DNA of 63,611 nucleotides, filler included, from Dimargaris cristalligena (taxonomy: Eukaryota), in NCBI GenBank assembly GCA_003614675.1. It is 6 parts of 6 records of this genome, joined end to end, with 100 filler letters (N's around TTAATTAATTAA, not from the genome) between each part and the next. Parts side by side here need not be neighbours in the genome. Positions count along the whole stretch, not along the records: positions 1 to 10,544 come from ML003171.1; positions 10,645 to 21,184 come from ML003172.1; 4 more parts are not named here. One strand, given 5' to 3'. Shown piece after piece: positions 1 through 12,954 of the stretch; the first letter of the stretch is position 1; each line of letters opens with the position of its first letter. The notes below the pieces were generated by a model. The model made no database searches, was not told the DNA's origin, and saw only the letters and a program-made list of their open reading frames with translations. Made by a program: the position numbers and the translations under genes.

Positions 1-1861
1 CCTGTCATCCAACACGCCAACACTTTCGTACCCCACAACTATCCCCACATACCATCATGCAGATTTCTCAGTCTCAGCGCGACGTACCTCCCACTGGTGA
101 CCCATACACCGATTATAGCTACTCGGATAGCTTCGGTAATGCCCCACCCCGTGAATTCATCAATTACCCTTACTAGATCAAAATCGGTGACGCCAATGTA
201 TATCCATATTGGGAGTATATCACCCTGTGCGGGATACCTCACCATGTTTCCACCACTGATGCCGAACCGAAGAGACCTGGCTCACGTCAGAACTTCATCA
301 TTACCCGCCGCTCCGCATGACTAGGTAAGCCCCTACCTAGATGATGGTTACTACCAGTAGTACGATTGACTGAAAACCTGCTTTAGAAAAATGGCCTTGG
401 TCCTGCCGCGTGATCTCGCCCTCAAGCCAATCCCTAAATAGCCCGATTCCGGGCTGTGGGGGCGGGGTTACCAATCGGGGCGGGCAGGAGGTGGTCTCAC
501 TGAGGCCAGGTCCACTATTTCGAATGCAATCATTCCGCTTTACCTTCGGAGGAAATGGTATAAATGGGGTCGACTACTATCATCGGCTGTACTCCCTCCC
601 CCTGCCCCTTCCTTGGGAGGGAAACCTATCGCCACCCCACCCGGCCAAGGGGGTACCGGCTGATTCCATTCAGCTTCCTTGAAGTTATACAGAACATCGG
701 CTTGTCCGACTATTCAGGCTTCCTGCCGCCATCCACAATGGTGATAATTGGCTCATACTTTTGTTGTACGACTATTGCTGACTATATTTTCTCCACAGGT
801 CCAATAAGTGATTGGGTTATTCACGGTCAAAATTAGACACTCTCCTCCCTTTCCCTCCTTCCACCAACCCACACACACATATACACCCACTCAGACACCC
901 ACTCAGACATCCACACCCTTTTCCTCATTGCGCAGCCCTTTGGGGCCGCCGCTGTACTTTAAACAACCCCTGTCTATGTTTCATTCATATGTTTAGGGCC
1001 GTGGCATTATCCTTCCCGGCCAATTCACTCTCAACACAGTTGCTCAGGGAAGTATGCAACTTTTTTTTCTTCGTTATCCAACTTCGCGGCAATAGTATAA
1101 TATGTATTGCTATCCCCATCGCACCCGCCCATTACTAAACTTTTCTTAGTAAGGGAGGTGCTTCTTGCCCCAGAGCCGATGATGCGAATTACCCAGGTGG
1201 TACTGGATTTATCTCCCTTGGGGGTTCTCACCCTTTTCACTGTATTTACATGACGACTTCCCTTACTTGGTCTAAACTGGCATTGGACTCACCGCTGCTC
1301 TTGTTCGACTCACTCACTTTTCCAACAAAAAAACACACACATCTCAGTTGTCATTATTTTTTTATTAGAGGATTTGGTCAATCTGCATGATCAATAGATT
1401 CCAAAAGTTTTTAGAGGGGTTGAATCAAATTTTAGAGTACTTTGATTTGGCCCACCCTTACTATTATTATTCTGTTCATTTTAGAATACTAAAACACCAT
1501 TCATGTAACTGAATTCCAGGGTAGCCGCCTCGTTAGGTACATTTTGCCAATGGAGTTTAGGGTTTTAGTTTTATCTATAGTATAGAAAAGGTCCTCAGGA
1601 CCAATGGGGTAAAAATAAATGGACTAATTTTAGATGATTTGGAAAGCATAGTTCCACCCAAACATAATAACGAACATTTTGATGGTAAGCATCGCTCAGG
1701 GGGTACTAGTGGCTATAGTCAGGTGCGTAGGCACATTTGAAACACCGCCCTGGGATCGACCTGATAATCCTACGGTCCGACCGTGAATATATATATATAA
1801 TAAAAATAAAAATAAAAAGGGGGAGGGGCCGTGGAAGTATATACATCAAGAAAACCCGCGT

Positions 1862-2773
1862 TCAAGTGGCGTGGGAGAGACCCGAACATAAGGCCAGTCC
1901 GGATAGCAACCCCACCCAGGTCCAGGAAACGGACCGGTTGGACGATCCAGCTGCGCCCGAGTACCGCGGCTGATTATAATAGTCGGTGGTTGATTTCGGT
2001 TCCTCGGAGGCGCTAGGCGAGCTCTGCGCGTCGGTCCGACAGACGCACAAACCGCCCTTGTCACACGTCGAATGGCTCAGGGTCACCCCGCAGAGTTCGC
2101 GGCACTTCTTTTGGAAGTCGTAACAGGCCTGGTAGTCCAAGACCCCGGTGGGGTCCGGTAGTGCGGTGGCCACCACGGTGGTGTGGGTAATGATAGTCTC
2201 GGACGAGGTATTGCCATTCGCCGCCGCATCGGCGGGAGTGGTGCTGGGGCCCGTCACGGTGTTGGTAGCCATCGTCAAGGTTATGGACCGAGTCACCTGG
2301 GCTCCCCCCACTGCTGGATTGGGTGCGGGGTCCCGACCATCAATGGGTGTCGGGGGAGCGGCCACAACAACGGGCGGGACATCGGGTGCGACCCCGGGAA
2401 TACTATTCGGAGTGGAAGGACTTTTGGGAGCCGCGCCGCCGTTGCTTGCGGGTGTATTGCCGGGACTGGCATTCGGCTGAGCCGCCGCCCCCGCGATGGG
2501 TGCCGCGGGTGGTACCGGTGGGGCAGGTGCGCCCACCGCCGTCGGTGGTTGGTCAGGCACAGGGGGTGGGGTGGAGGGGGGTAACACACCCGCTAGATTC
2601 GCGGCCGGAAGGCCTAAAACGCCCACGGCACCACCACCATCTCGGGCATCCCCACCGGGAGGACCATGTTGACGCGATTTCTCGCCCACTGAATTACATG
2701 TAAGGTAGAATAGAAAAAAGCTTACACCCACCAGTAATCGTTGGACCCACCAGCAGTGGTAGCGCAAATGCAT
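1862..2773 (-). CDS. Putative secreted, GPI-anchored Pro/Ala/Thr-rich surface protein with a 6-Cys defensin-like (CS-alpha-beta) module
   Basis: 303-aa intronless ORF. It has an N-terminal hydrophobic segment (LLVGVSFFLFYLTC), a long P/A/T-rich stalk and C-x6-C-x3-C-x8-C-x5-C-x-C at 2039-2125. The C-terminus is small residues (SGAAGSS) followed by a hydrophobic tail (VSWTWVGLLSGLALCS). Confidence 0.7.
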   Translation of the reverse strand: MHLRYHCWWVQRLLVGVSFFLFYLTCNSVGEKSRQHGPPGGDARDGGGAVGVLGLPAANLAGVLPPSTPPPVPDQPPTAVGAPAPPVPPAAPIAGAAAQPNASPGNTPASNGGAAPKSPSTPNSIPGVAPDVPPVVVAAPPTPIDGRDPAPNPAVGGAQVTRSITLTMATNTVTGPSTTPADAAANGNTSSETIITHTTVVATALPDPTGVLDYQACYDFQKKCRELCGVTLSHSTCDKGGLCVCRTDAQSSPSASEEPKSTTDYYNQPRYSGAAGSSNRSVSWTWVGLLSGLALCSGLSHAT

Positions 2774-5326
2774 GGCGTGCAGTGAAGAGTAAGGGTGAGA
2801 GAGGGGAAGGGTAAGTTGGGGGAGGGAAAGGAGGGTTCAGCAGTAAAGGGCTATACTATAATTAGAAACGCAATGGGCGGCTACAGTCAATCCAGTCTTA
2901 CTACAATATTAATGGCCTGCATAGGCGGGTCGCCTAGACTTTAAGAACCAAGAGGTTCAAGATTGGAGAGACGATGGACAGCAGTAAAAAATAATGACGT
3001 TTGGTGTCAATAAGCAACCAGAGATGGCCCGGCTAAACGACACAATCGCGATAGTGCAGTGTCTTGCTGCAAATTACTTAAAATAGAACCCAACAAATAT
3101 ATATATATATAAATATATAACACAGCGTCCCAGGCGGAATAAAGATGGAGAGTACCGAAGCAGAGCAAGCGGCGGATAGACAATGGGCATCCAAAAGATA
3201 CTGGCCCCTCGTTTGAATCCTCGGCATACTCAAACACGTAACCCCCCAGCCGGGGTTTCAAAATGTAAAAATAAAATAAACCTGAGATTAAAAGGTCGGA
3301 GTTCAGAGCGCTTGAACGGTCTCGTTTGACAGTCAGTTTCATTTAGCGACCCGTAGGTTTTGATTAAAAGACGCACAATCTACATTGCCGAAAATGAATA
3401 TATACAAAAACTGCAACTATGGCTATTGGACCCGGACCATACATGGCCCCCTAGATCCACTCTCTAATAGAAGTAGAATTCTATTAAACAGCCGGGGAGT
3501 GTGCGGAGTGGAGGACCCCCGCGTATTATTCAACATAATGGCCAACTCAACTGTAGTGTGTAAATGACATCCCCCCACGCCAGGGGATGGCGTAGTTGCC
3601 TTGGCCTTGCCTATTCGCCATCCTATTATACACATTGTCCTCCTCCCGCCTCACCGTCCCTACCCTTTTACCCTTGCTTATTACTCACCTGCACACAGTT
3701 TCTTTGTTTTAGGTGCATGGGTCCTTAAGCAATATCACAGTAGATACACTTGAAGTACAGAAACCACATTCAATGTGTTTCACATGAGCTGGATAAGATG
3801 TCTCTTCTGATTCAAAAAATCCAGCCCCAACGATCGCGGTTTATTAAAGACTCTCGTTCACACCGGTGTCGATGGCATGGCAAAAGCGGGAGTAAGTGGC
3901 AACTATAGTTTCCCCTTCTGCTCATAGCACGGACTCAGTTAGAAATGAAAAGGACCCTTTAATCACCATTTTACTCTCGCTCCAAAAGCTTACTTCGGGA
4001 TGATCCCGAGGGGAAGCCCACTCCACATTTGAAACTAGAACACTACTTGATTTTACGATTGTATATCGGCTAGGGATACAACACCCTGTGACGCATTACT
4101 ATTAAAAATAATCCCTCCCCCCCATCCAAACCCACTCTAAATCGGAATCCCCCCTAGCCCACCCCTCTATACTATACAGGCTATGCAATGGGCACATCGC
4201 CTGGCATAACCAAGCAGTGCCGATGGGAAGGAAAAGGGAGGGGGGACACAGGCTGCAGAAGGCTGGTTATTCTTGTGCAGATTTATTTGGTAATTTTGAT
4301 TTACGAGGGGTCTCTCGCGGCAATAAGGGCAGCAGTAATGAAGGGAAATTACCATCAGGCTACAATCGACTCTTAAATTAGCCAATGCAGGGGAGGCGGG
4401 GCTAACGGTTACCGATGCAGCGATTCCGAGAAAAGGGAGGGGGCACAGCAATACGCGAACACACACCGCCAGGGTATTATAGGCTTTATTATATCCTAGC
4501 TGACCCTTTCCTTTAGTCATAGTGTTCGACTGATTGGCCCCGGGATTGATTAGCAACGAGGCATTGATTCTAGTGGCAGTACTAGATGAGTGCTACTTCC
4601 ACATGGTACCTCGCTACCTATCGGATTTACAGCCCCCGTAACCAGATCTCAAATATTTATTCCGCATTAGACCCCCCTTAAATGACAAAGTGAATATTGA
4701 CTGGTCTATACAATAAGTTATCGTAGAAATTAGTCGATCGCTATCCCGGCACAGTGTAGGTGCCAATGCTTTTATTAAGAACGTTAACGCCCGACCCCCA
4801 AAAATGCCAATATTAATAAAGGTTGAGTTGCGGGGGGGGGGGGCAAGAAGGGTGATAATAGTGTGGCTGGAGGCAAACTTACGAACAGAACCCAAGAGAA
4901 CAGGGGGTTAATTACTGCCCACTACATGGTAGGAATAAAAAAAGAGGGGGGGGGGTGTAGATGGAGTTGGAATGTGTAAGGGGAAGGGGGAGTGTCAGAT
5001 TGTTTTACTTTCAAGGGGGGAAGGGTGGCGAAGGGGTGAGACCATTATAGCTAAAGGATGCGTGGAACACAGACCATGCGTTCGCATTGGAATACACAAG
5101 GGATCGGTAGGCCAGCTGTATAATTGTACATCAATCCAGCCTACCTAACTGAAAAACACTTGAGCCATGGCCATCTCCTGTTTTGGGTCAATTAGTCCAA
5201 ATACACCAGCTAATCTCTGTGGTGAAGTATATCGGTGAAATACACCCCCTCCCCCTTATCCACACCTTTTCATGTTGACTAACCAGGAGAAGGAAAGGAA
5301 AACAGCACACACAGCCCAGTTGGCCC

Positions 5327-8300
5327 TTAATCCAAAAACACGTTATTAATAAATAGGCCGCTCACCTGGCGCAAACAGTCGTCAACGGACAACAGGTTAG
5401 ATCCGGGCTTATCTATAACCACATAGTATTCGCATTCCTGGTTACGGACCCCCGCCACCCACCCATTCTTTAGGGTGCAAACGGCCCCTTCGCGCAGTTC
5501 CCCCTGCTGGCGTTCAAACTGTTCGTGCAGCTGGCGGATATGTTGGTGGAGCGTGGCATTAATGGCCCGGCCGGGCGTATGCTCGGCCAGGGGTCCCCTA
5601 AAGGGGTTCATCCAGGACGCGTGCAGGGCGAGGTTCACGTAGTTCATGTGCACGAAACGGAACCCCCGCAGCCCCAGGCCGGTGATAAGCATTTGGACGT
5701 CATGCCAGTGGGTGGTCACTGCGGTGCTCAGGCTGGGGGCATGCTCAGCTACTAGTTTTTTGATATCCTCGTTCATCGTCGCTGGACTGGTGGGCGTGGG
5801 CCGATGATCCCCATTCTCAGACCCAACTTCTAACCCCTCGGAGTCGGCGGTCGGTTCGGGGGACTGATCGGCCGACTGCTGGGCAGCCTGTTCGGGGAGT
5901 AATACGCACACCAAAAAACATCGGTCGTACTACATATATACATATTTGATTTCCACATGATAACAAGTACGCCACCAAAGGTAAGGCCCCGGAAGAAATG
6001 ACGCAGAAAAAGGATAGAGGCAGGGTAATTAACAAATTACGTTTGGTTTCATCCCCATACCCAATATACGAGACTCGACTGCGTGGGCCATGCGTAACCA
6101 TTTTTAGAACATAGCACAGTATAGGTCGCCCAACAAATTACACACAGGGTACTTACAGTTAGTAGAACACAGCGGTGGGCTTGGCCGGCGTCTCCTAGGT
6201 ACAGCACCTCACCCGGTGCCTCCTTTTTGCGACTACGGGACCGCCGTAAATGATGGGGGGCCCGTTTGGTTCGCTCTGGCGGCGCAGTCTTGGGCCGAAA
6301 CGCATCTTCGGATAGTGGTCGGATAAATTTAATGCGCCTCTCCTCATCTAGCCCAGCGGACTCTGAGGATAGTGAGAGCTCGTGCTCTGGAGGTGCGTCA
6401 CTCGCTATAGGGCCGGATAATGACGACAAGCTATGTCGCTTACTTTTGTTTGACCCGAAAGGGTTCAAGGTATACCACGATGAACCGCCCTAATAGAATG
6501 GGATGGTAGCATTACAGTCAAGAATTTAAATGGTGCGGAGGGATTAATTAGGCTAGCCCGGGAGTAAACGCAGTAAATTATATAGCCAATAGACAATAGC
6601 CGATCCCCTACTCTTAAAAATTTTGCCCGAGTATCGGAGCGACTCTATTACAATGAATTTAAGGTCATTGTGTGGACTAGAAATAGGGTAGTTGACTCAC
6701 CGGTGGCTTAATATCATTCACCGATTCCAAGGCAGTCTGGCCATAGGTGGCAGCTAGATACCAATACAGCGTGTAAACGTCGTCGGCTTCCAAACCGGTG
6801 GACCAAACCAACTGCCTCCGCCACAGCACCATCATGGTCCCGGCGGCAGGACATGTCTGCGCCTCAACATCGCTGAAGAGAGCCTGGAACTTGCTAAATG
6901 TTGACTTCGGGAGCATCTGGGAGGGAATACCTGGAAATAAGACCGCCATTCGGGGATTCAAATAAATACAATCATACCAAGAGCAAGCACGCATCAATGA
7001 CATATTCATCGGTTTATACCAGCTATTTCGTACTGTCGGAATATGTCTAATTTGACGTAACCCCCGAATCTATTCTAGAATGGCCTATCTGATCCGATTG
7101 TTAATAATATGATGTACCAAAACGTGCCAGTTGTTATGGGACGTACCTCGAAGCGTTTGAAAGAGTGAAAAATCACGAAAGTTCCATTGCCATACCAAGT
7201 CGCCGTAATAGTCTTCCAACTGACGCCGAAGTAGCCGAACACCCAAGTGGGGCGGGGTGATATTCAGAGTGGCCGAAAAGCTATTATACAAGAGCTTGGC
7301 ACCAGAAGAAGATAATGTAAAACCAATATAAAAATAGGTCAATAAAAGGGATCCTATACATCTTAGTAACAATAGCCAAAGGGGAGGCGCCTATTGTGCC
7401 AGACCTGCGGGAATTACACACAATGCACCCATATACCACACCATTAAGGGCACCAGCTTATTGACTTACACAATAAGTCTGGTAGGATTGGATAACGAGA
7501 GTTGCCAGCTCATCGTCGCTAACTTCCTTCTCATTGTATACGTAGTTCTGCTCGGGTCCATCTACGGTATAGCCTAGATTTACACCCTAAGTTGTTGGAT
7601 ATGGTAATATCATAATAATCGACAGGTGTAAATGAGCTTATTGCATATATATTAGGGGCTGGGAATAGCGATGCAGAAACCGGGTCGGAAATGGGTGGAT
7701 TTAACATACGGCCACTTGCAGTGCCATAATAAGTAATGGCTTACCAGGGATACCCAAATATTCGGCTCCGGTCGATAAACCAGAATCCGGGTTTTATGGG
7801 CGTGGATACTATACCAGGTCTCGTCCGACGAAAACGTCCTAGAGAGCGAGAAACCAGCCACAAAATGATAGGTGATGGTTTACAGAGAAATAAGTAACAT
7901 ACTTATATGAGTAGTCTTGAACAGTGACGATGGTCCGGAAAATGGGCATTAAGCTGGGATCAATACCCATAGGCTAGCCAAAATAGCCATTGATGAAAAA
8001 CACCAACATGTTCAATCTGCTATGTCCGAAAATACCCGGGGTATTCGGTCCAATATACTACCAAAATATCGCCGTCATAGAGATGCGCTGCAATCCAATT
8101 ATCCACAGGGATGACTTACGAGGCACATGTGGCTAGACCCTGGATGAGGCCGATTTGCCGGATTTTCGCATCCAGCGGAATGGTGGCCGCCGAGGCGGTT
8201 TGAGTGGTGGAGAAGGGTTCGGTAGCGAAGGGGAAGTGCAGGTACTGGTCGTCGGGAGCAGCAGTGGACACCGACATGGAGAGCCGTGGGGATGAGCCCA

Positions 8301-8835
8301 CGATGGGCGGACTGGTTGGCACCGCCGAGGCAACCGATGGCGAATGGGACGCTGTGCCAAAGGAGTACTTGACGCCATTCCAGAGGTATTCCCCCCAGCC
8401 GGGTTTCTGACCGCTGCTGGACAATCGACCGCCGCCCGGTTGATTGGGGGAGGTCGAAAGCGATAGGGAGGGGGACTCGGTGGAGGGCGGAAGCGGCGAA
8501 TGGGGAATGGCCAAGGGGGCTGCTGCTGCTGTAGCGTCGCCACTGGAGTAGGCCCGGCCGCTGCTAGCGAACGGCTGAGTTGGGGTGTTCGGCGCCACTG
8601 TGACGGGAATGGTCGTGGTGGTGGGGGTGGGCGGAGCCGAAGTAGAAGTGACTATAGGTGAATCCCCCCCATCCGCACGGGGCGGACTTTTGCCGGACTG
8701 CGGATGGTTCGACGAGGCGACATAATACAATAACTGTTCATGGGCGGTGTCTTCGTCGGGACCGAGTGCGGGGTTAAACACTGTGAAAAAGGCCAGGGAA
8801 GGGTCATGGCGAACGGTTTTTGATTCGTTACCCAT
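5327..8835 (-). CDS. CCZ1: Vacuolar fusion protein Ccz1 (Mon1-Ccz1 GEF subunit, longin domains), multi-exon
   Basis: N-terminal PSLAFFTVFNPALGPDEDTAHEQLLYY and KIRQIGLIQGL. An in-frame GTAAGT..TAG intron (8119-7839) joins to STFSSDETWYSIHAHKTRILVYRPEPNIW. Further exons include YDCIYLNP, and the C-terminus reads NGWVAGVRNQECEYYVVIDKPGSNLLSVDD. Internal exon boundaries are only partly resolved. Confidence 0.85.
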
Positions 8836-9379
8836 GGGGAAACACCGTTGGTCAATACTGCAAAGTGGGGCGGGGGAGGGGACAATGGGACTAGAGATGC
8901 CCGAAGAGACGGGGGGAAGTAAGAAGGTTGAGGTACTGAACGGAATGTGTAAAGGGAACGAGAGGGCTATTGTGGGTAATGCATGGACTAACCAGCCACA
9001 AATATATGAAATGTTGAACAGCAAACCCACAGTTGTGGGTATATGTGGGTATTTAAAAATAGGCCTTGCGTAGTAATTGAACTCATAAATAAAACAGTAG
9101 CGGCCTCGAGCATCAATTTAACAGATAGCCTAACTAGATCGGCGTACTATACATGTGACCCTATAATAGACGGAGCACTGGAATTGGTATGCGATGTCAA
9201 GTTTAGCACCTATGCTAGAGCTTACCCCTAATAATAAGGCGGTTCTATTAAAGTGCCGACGGGATTATGATGCCTTGGGCCTGACACAATACCTAATGGG
9301 ATTCGGGGCGTGTATAAGGATATGCTGGGGATGGCCGATATCGAAAGCCTTGATTCAACAGATTCCTAGTTAATAACAT

Positions 9380-9521
9380 GGGTGGGAGACTTCACTTGTG
9401 TGTAGAATGAGAACACCGCTTGCGGAGACTGATAGTATTAGTTAAAAATAAATATACAACATGTATTCACATTTCCATAACATTTATAACCTTGCACAGT
9501 TGAGTTGAACTTCGCCCATGC
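9380..9521. mobile_element. Degenerate copy of ~140-bp MITE family
   Basis: Ends TGGGAGACTTCA... and ...TGAACTTCGCCCAT. Internal TAGTTAAAAATA..CATTTCCATA matches the copy at 58736-58867. Confidence 0.55.
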
Positions 9522-10544
9522 GAATGTATTGGAAATGGTATGAACACAGACAGCGTGGCATCCATTAGTAGCCGCCGACTCATCGCCAGCTGGTCCTTTA
9601 AACGAACAATATACCCGTACTTGGGTAGACTGGTTATGTGTGGTAAACCAGTTCAGGTGTTAGATAAAACTGTTGTGCCAAAGGCGTCCGAAAAAGGAAA
9701 TAAATTAAATCGCAGGTAGAAAATATAGATAAGTACAGGTTTATTAATATAGTCACAGGTAGTTTCCAGTACAACCCTGGTTATGTTGATTGCTCAAAAA
9801 GAATAGAAAAATCGGAGTTAGGAGAGGAATTACCGTTCACCCAGTGGGGAGCGGCCAGATTATATGTATCCATTATTACTGATTATTACTACTGTGACCA
9901 CATAGCTCCTCAATGAAAGATCATTGTGTCACCGAGGCATGTGGTCAGAAAGTCTGCCACTCTGATAGAATATAAAGAATCGAAAAAATATACTGAAAAC
10001 AATGATTTGATTCCTAGAGGAATTGAAAAGCTCTTGGAGGCCGTCCTCTTTCGGAGGGAAGGTCTGAGACCAAAGAAAGTTAAATTTATGGATTAATAGG
10101 GTTACTAAGGGCATGCTAGTCCAGCCACAATAAATAATCAAACTGCAATCAATTAGATGGTTAAACGGCTAGTTAATAGTCAATATCATAGGGCTTGACC
10201 CAAACTTTTCTGTTGTGATATAGCCAAACAGCTATAGTAGTATTGAGCATTGCCCTATTTATTTTTACCCTTTTTATTGAAACCACCGTCCATATTTAGG
10301 TGATTAGTCAAGGAATTGGCGCTGCTAGCCTAAGTATTCCCTTTTTATAGTTGTTATTGTTATACAACGTCTATATATTTATTGTTGATTGGATAATTTT
10401 CCCGAGTATTACATTTATACCCTTGCTGTACTCTTTCAACGAGTACCAGCCATTCCTTTAACCTATTATAAGTTCGTTTATACCTTTTCTACCCTTGTTT
10501 TTGTTATACCAACGAGTATAACCATTTTTATTCATCCAATGATC

Positions 10545-10644
10545 NNNNNNNNNNNNNNNNNNNNNNNNNNNNNNNNNNNNNNNNNNNNTTAATTAATTAA
10601 NNNNNNNNNNNNNNNNNNNNNNNNNNNNNNNNNNNNNNNNNNNN
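10545..10644. other. Artificial contig linker (N44-TTAATTAATTAA-N44)
   Basis: Identical 100-bp all-frame-stop spacer recurring every ~10.6 kb. Confidence 0.97.
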
Positions 10645-10668
10645 ATATGGAAGAGCACACCGAACCGA

Positions 10669-12009
10669 TTACTTCTGGCGGTAACTCAGTTCCACAGCGA
10701 ACCCAACGGCAATCTTCGCAAACTCGAGGCAATGGTTGAACTTAATGGTCGACACCGTGTCGCGGGTGGTATGAATGTTCGGGTTCGCCTCGAGGTCATC
10801 ATCCTCGAAGGGCATGACCGAACGGTAGCCGGCCTTGTTCCACGACGCGTGGTCGGAACAGGCGTAGCCGCATTTCATATCACTCGGCTGGAGGCGGGTG
10901 TACGAGGTGACCAGCTGCCGGAGGAGTTGGGTGAGCTGGGGGTCGGTGAAGTCTGTGACGATGCCAACCTTCTCGGACTTGCCAATGTAGCCGGTCATGT
11001 CCATCTGCATCATGCCCACGATACGCCGGCCGGCCTGGCGGTAAGCCTTGGCGACGGCCTGGGAACCAAGGAGGCCGGCCTCTTCACCGGAGTACCAGTG
11101 GAATTCCACGGGCACGTCGGGGTCGAAATCACCGTGGGTGAGGAGGCCGCGGAAGGCTTCCATGACCGTCACGGTACCACTGCCATCGTCGTCCGCGCCG
11201 GGGGCCCGGCCGAACCAGGGAAGCATGGCGTTGACCGAGTCCTGATGGGCGGAAATAATGACCGTTTCGTCGCTCAGGGGCTTTGTCTTGGATTCAATCC
11301 GGGCGATGATGCTTTTTTGCGACCAGGCGTGGGCGAAATAGTCCACGGTGACCTTCAGGGTATCCGAGGCGGCCGCGGCCTGGGCCAAATGACTGATTTG
11401 GCCGTAGAGCCACTCGCTCGACTGGCGACCGTAGTCGGATTTGTAATACCGGGTGGGGAAACTGGTGAGGGTTTCCAGGGTCTTCTTCATAAGTTCCGTG
11501 TTGAGCGAGTCAGCGATGGGCTGGACGATGGCCTGGTTGGTCAGCTGGGAAGGCAGCGGGGACTGGGCCAGGGCGGAAATGGGGCTCATGGGCTGCTCCA
11601 GCTCCAGGGCCTCGGTGATGTCCATGAACTTGATACCGTTGCGCATCAGGACTTCGACCTCGAGCGGCTTCATCCAGCGAGCCGGGCGGGCCTCGCTGGT
11701 CCGGATAAGACGGAGGCCCTTAGTGAGACCCTCGCTGTGGGTAAGAATACCGAAGGGGGAGTGGGCGGTGGTTTCTTCACCTACTACTTCTTCGTCGAAC
11801 GAAGAGAAGCCGTTTTGGCCCTGTTGTTCGAACGAAACCTCGCTACCGGTGAAGCCAGGGACCCATGGTAGAGCGGCTACTTTGCGGTCGGTGGAACTGT
11901 AGCTGCCGAGAGTCACGCGGTCAGTGGTGGTCTCGAAGGTCAATTGACGGAAAGCCACGGCGGAGGAGGCTACGAGCGAGAGAGCGGCCAGTCGGAAAAG
12001 ACCCTGCAT
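10669..12009 (-). CDS. Secreted leucine aminopeptidase, peptidase M28 family (LAP1-like)
   Basis: Signal peptide, then motifs AHQDSVN, APGADDDGSG, EFHWYSGEEAGLLGS, QMDMTGY, CGYACSDHASW and NPNIHT. 446 aa, intronless. Confidence 0.95.
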   Translation of the reverse strand: MQGLFRLAALSLVASSAVAFRQLTFETTTDRVTLGSYSSTDRKVAALPWVPGFTGSEVSFEQQGQNGFSSFDEEVVGEETTAHSPFGILTHSEGLTKGLRLIRTSEARPARWMKPLEVEVLMRNGIKFMDITEALELEQPMSPISALAQSPLPSQLTNQAIVQPIADSLNTELMKKTLETLTSFPTRYYKSDYGRQSSEWLYGQISHLAQAAAASDTLKVTVDYFAHAWSQKSIIARIESKTKPLSDETVIISAHQDSVNAMLPWFGRAPGADDDGSGTVTVMEAFRGLLTHGDFDPDVPVEFHWYSGEEAGLLGSQAVAKAYRQAGRRIVGMMQMDMTGYIGKSEKVGIVTDFTDPQLTQLLRQLVTSYTRLQPSDMKCGYACSDHASWNKAGYRSVMPFEDDDLEANPNIHTTRDTVSTIKFNHCLEFAKIAVGFAVELSYRQK

Positions 12010-12954
12010 GGCTGAGAATGGGAAGGTGGGTGGAAATTGGTTAAGTGATGGGGTGGGTTGGGTATTGAGAGAGGGTGATGATAAAGACTAGGGGAGTAAA
12101 CTTTGGCGGAACTTGAGATGAGGCAATGAAATAATAGAATAGTTATATGGGTATGTCGAATGAAGACAGTGGGCGAAACGAAGGGGTGGAAGGATGTGTG
12201 GTGTATCTTGGCTAACGGAGCCACGAGAACTGGCTGGGCTTATAAAGCAGGTGAAAGGCAGGCTGTTGAGTGGACTACGCATGTGAGGCTGTGGGGAGGG
12301 GAGACGAAGCATAGACTGAAGGGGGAGAGGGCCATATATGCGCATAAATGGATGATGATTGGTTTAAATCGGCATACTGGCATAACGGCAGCGGCAGCGC
12401 ATTTACTGACGGGGAAAATAGATGGGGAAAGGGGGGGATTGGGATTACCTTCCGACTCACTCTCTTCAACAAACCACCCGACCTTTCGAAGACGCGAATC
12501 CTTTCTTAGTCTATCTCACCCACTCCATTCTCCTCTTACGCAGCACCACCATACCCTGGCTCCGCTGCCTTGCGTTTGCCCCTTCTTCACCGTCCCATAC
12601 AGCCCAATGGGCGAGGCGTGATCATGTGCCCAGGTGGGCTGACGCTTCCCCACACTGGGCCGTACCATTTATTATTCCATGCCCTTAATACCGAAATTCA
12701 GCTGACCATGAAACTCTCGTCTCTGACTCACTGCTACCAATGGTATCATCGATGACCGTTATCAATTCCCAAATCCAATAATCAACAGGGTTTATAGAGT
12801 CAACCAAACGGCCGAAAAGAGCGTAAGCGTAAAAGAGAAATCGACGTAAAAATAAAAAGGTAAGGACAGTGAGTTTTAGCAGCTTGGACTAAAAACCATT
12901 CTAATCAAGGCATGTACCGGGTTACAGCCACATAGCTGGGCATATTCTCCGTAT

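Noticed and set aside
4830..5040. G-runs with G-quadruplex potential
   Set aside because: Poly-G/C tracts are scattered through all intergenic DNA here, so nothing is locus-specific.
8836..9030. Hydrophobic N-terminal extension of the CCZ1 ORF
   Set aside because: It starts at a non-ATG codon in pyrimidine-rich 5'UTR; homology begins just after Met 8835.
10732..11871. 379-aa plus-strand ORF
   Set aside because: Antisense shadow of the GC3-rich M28 peptidase.
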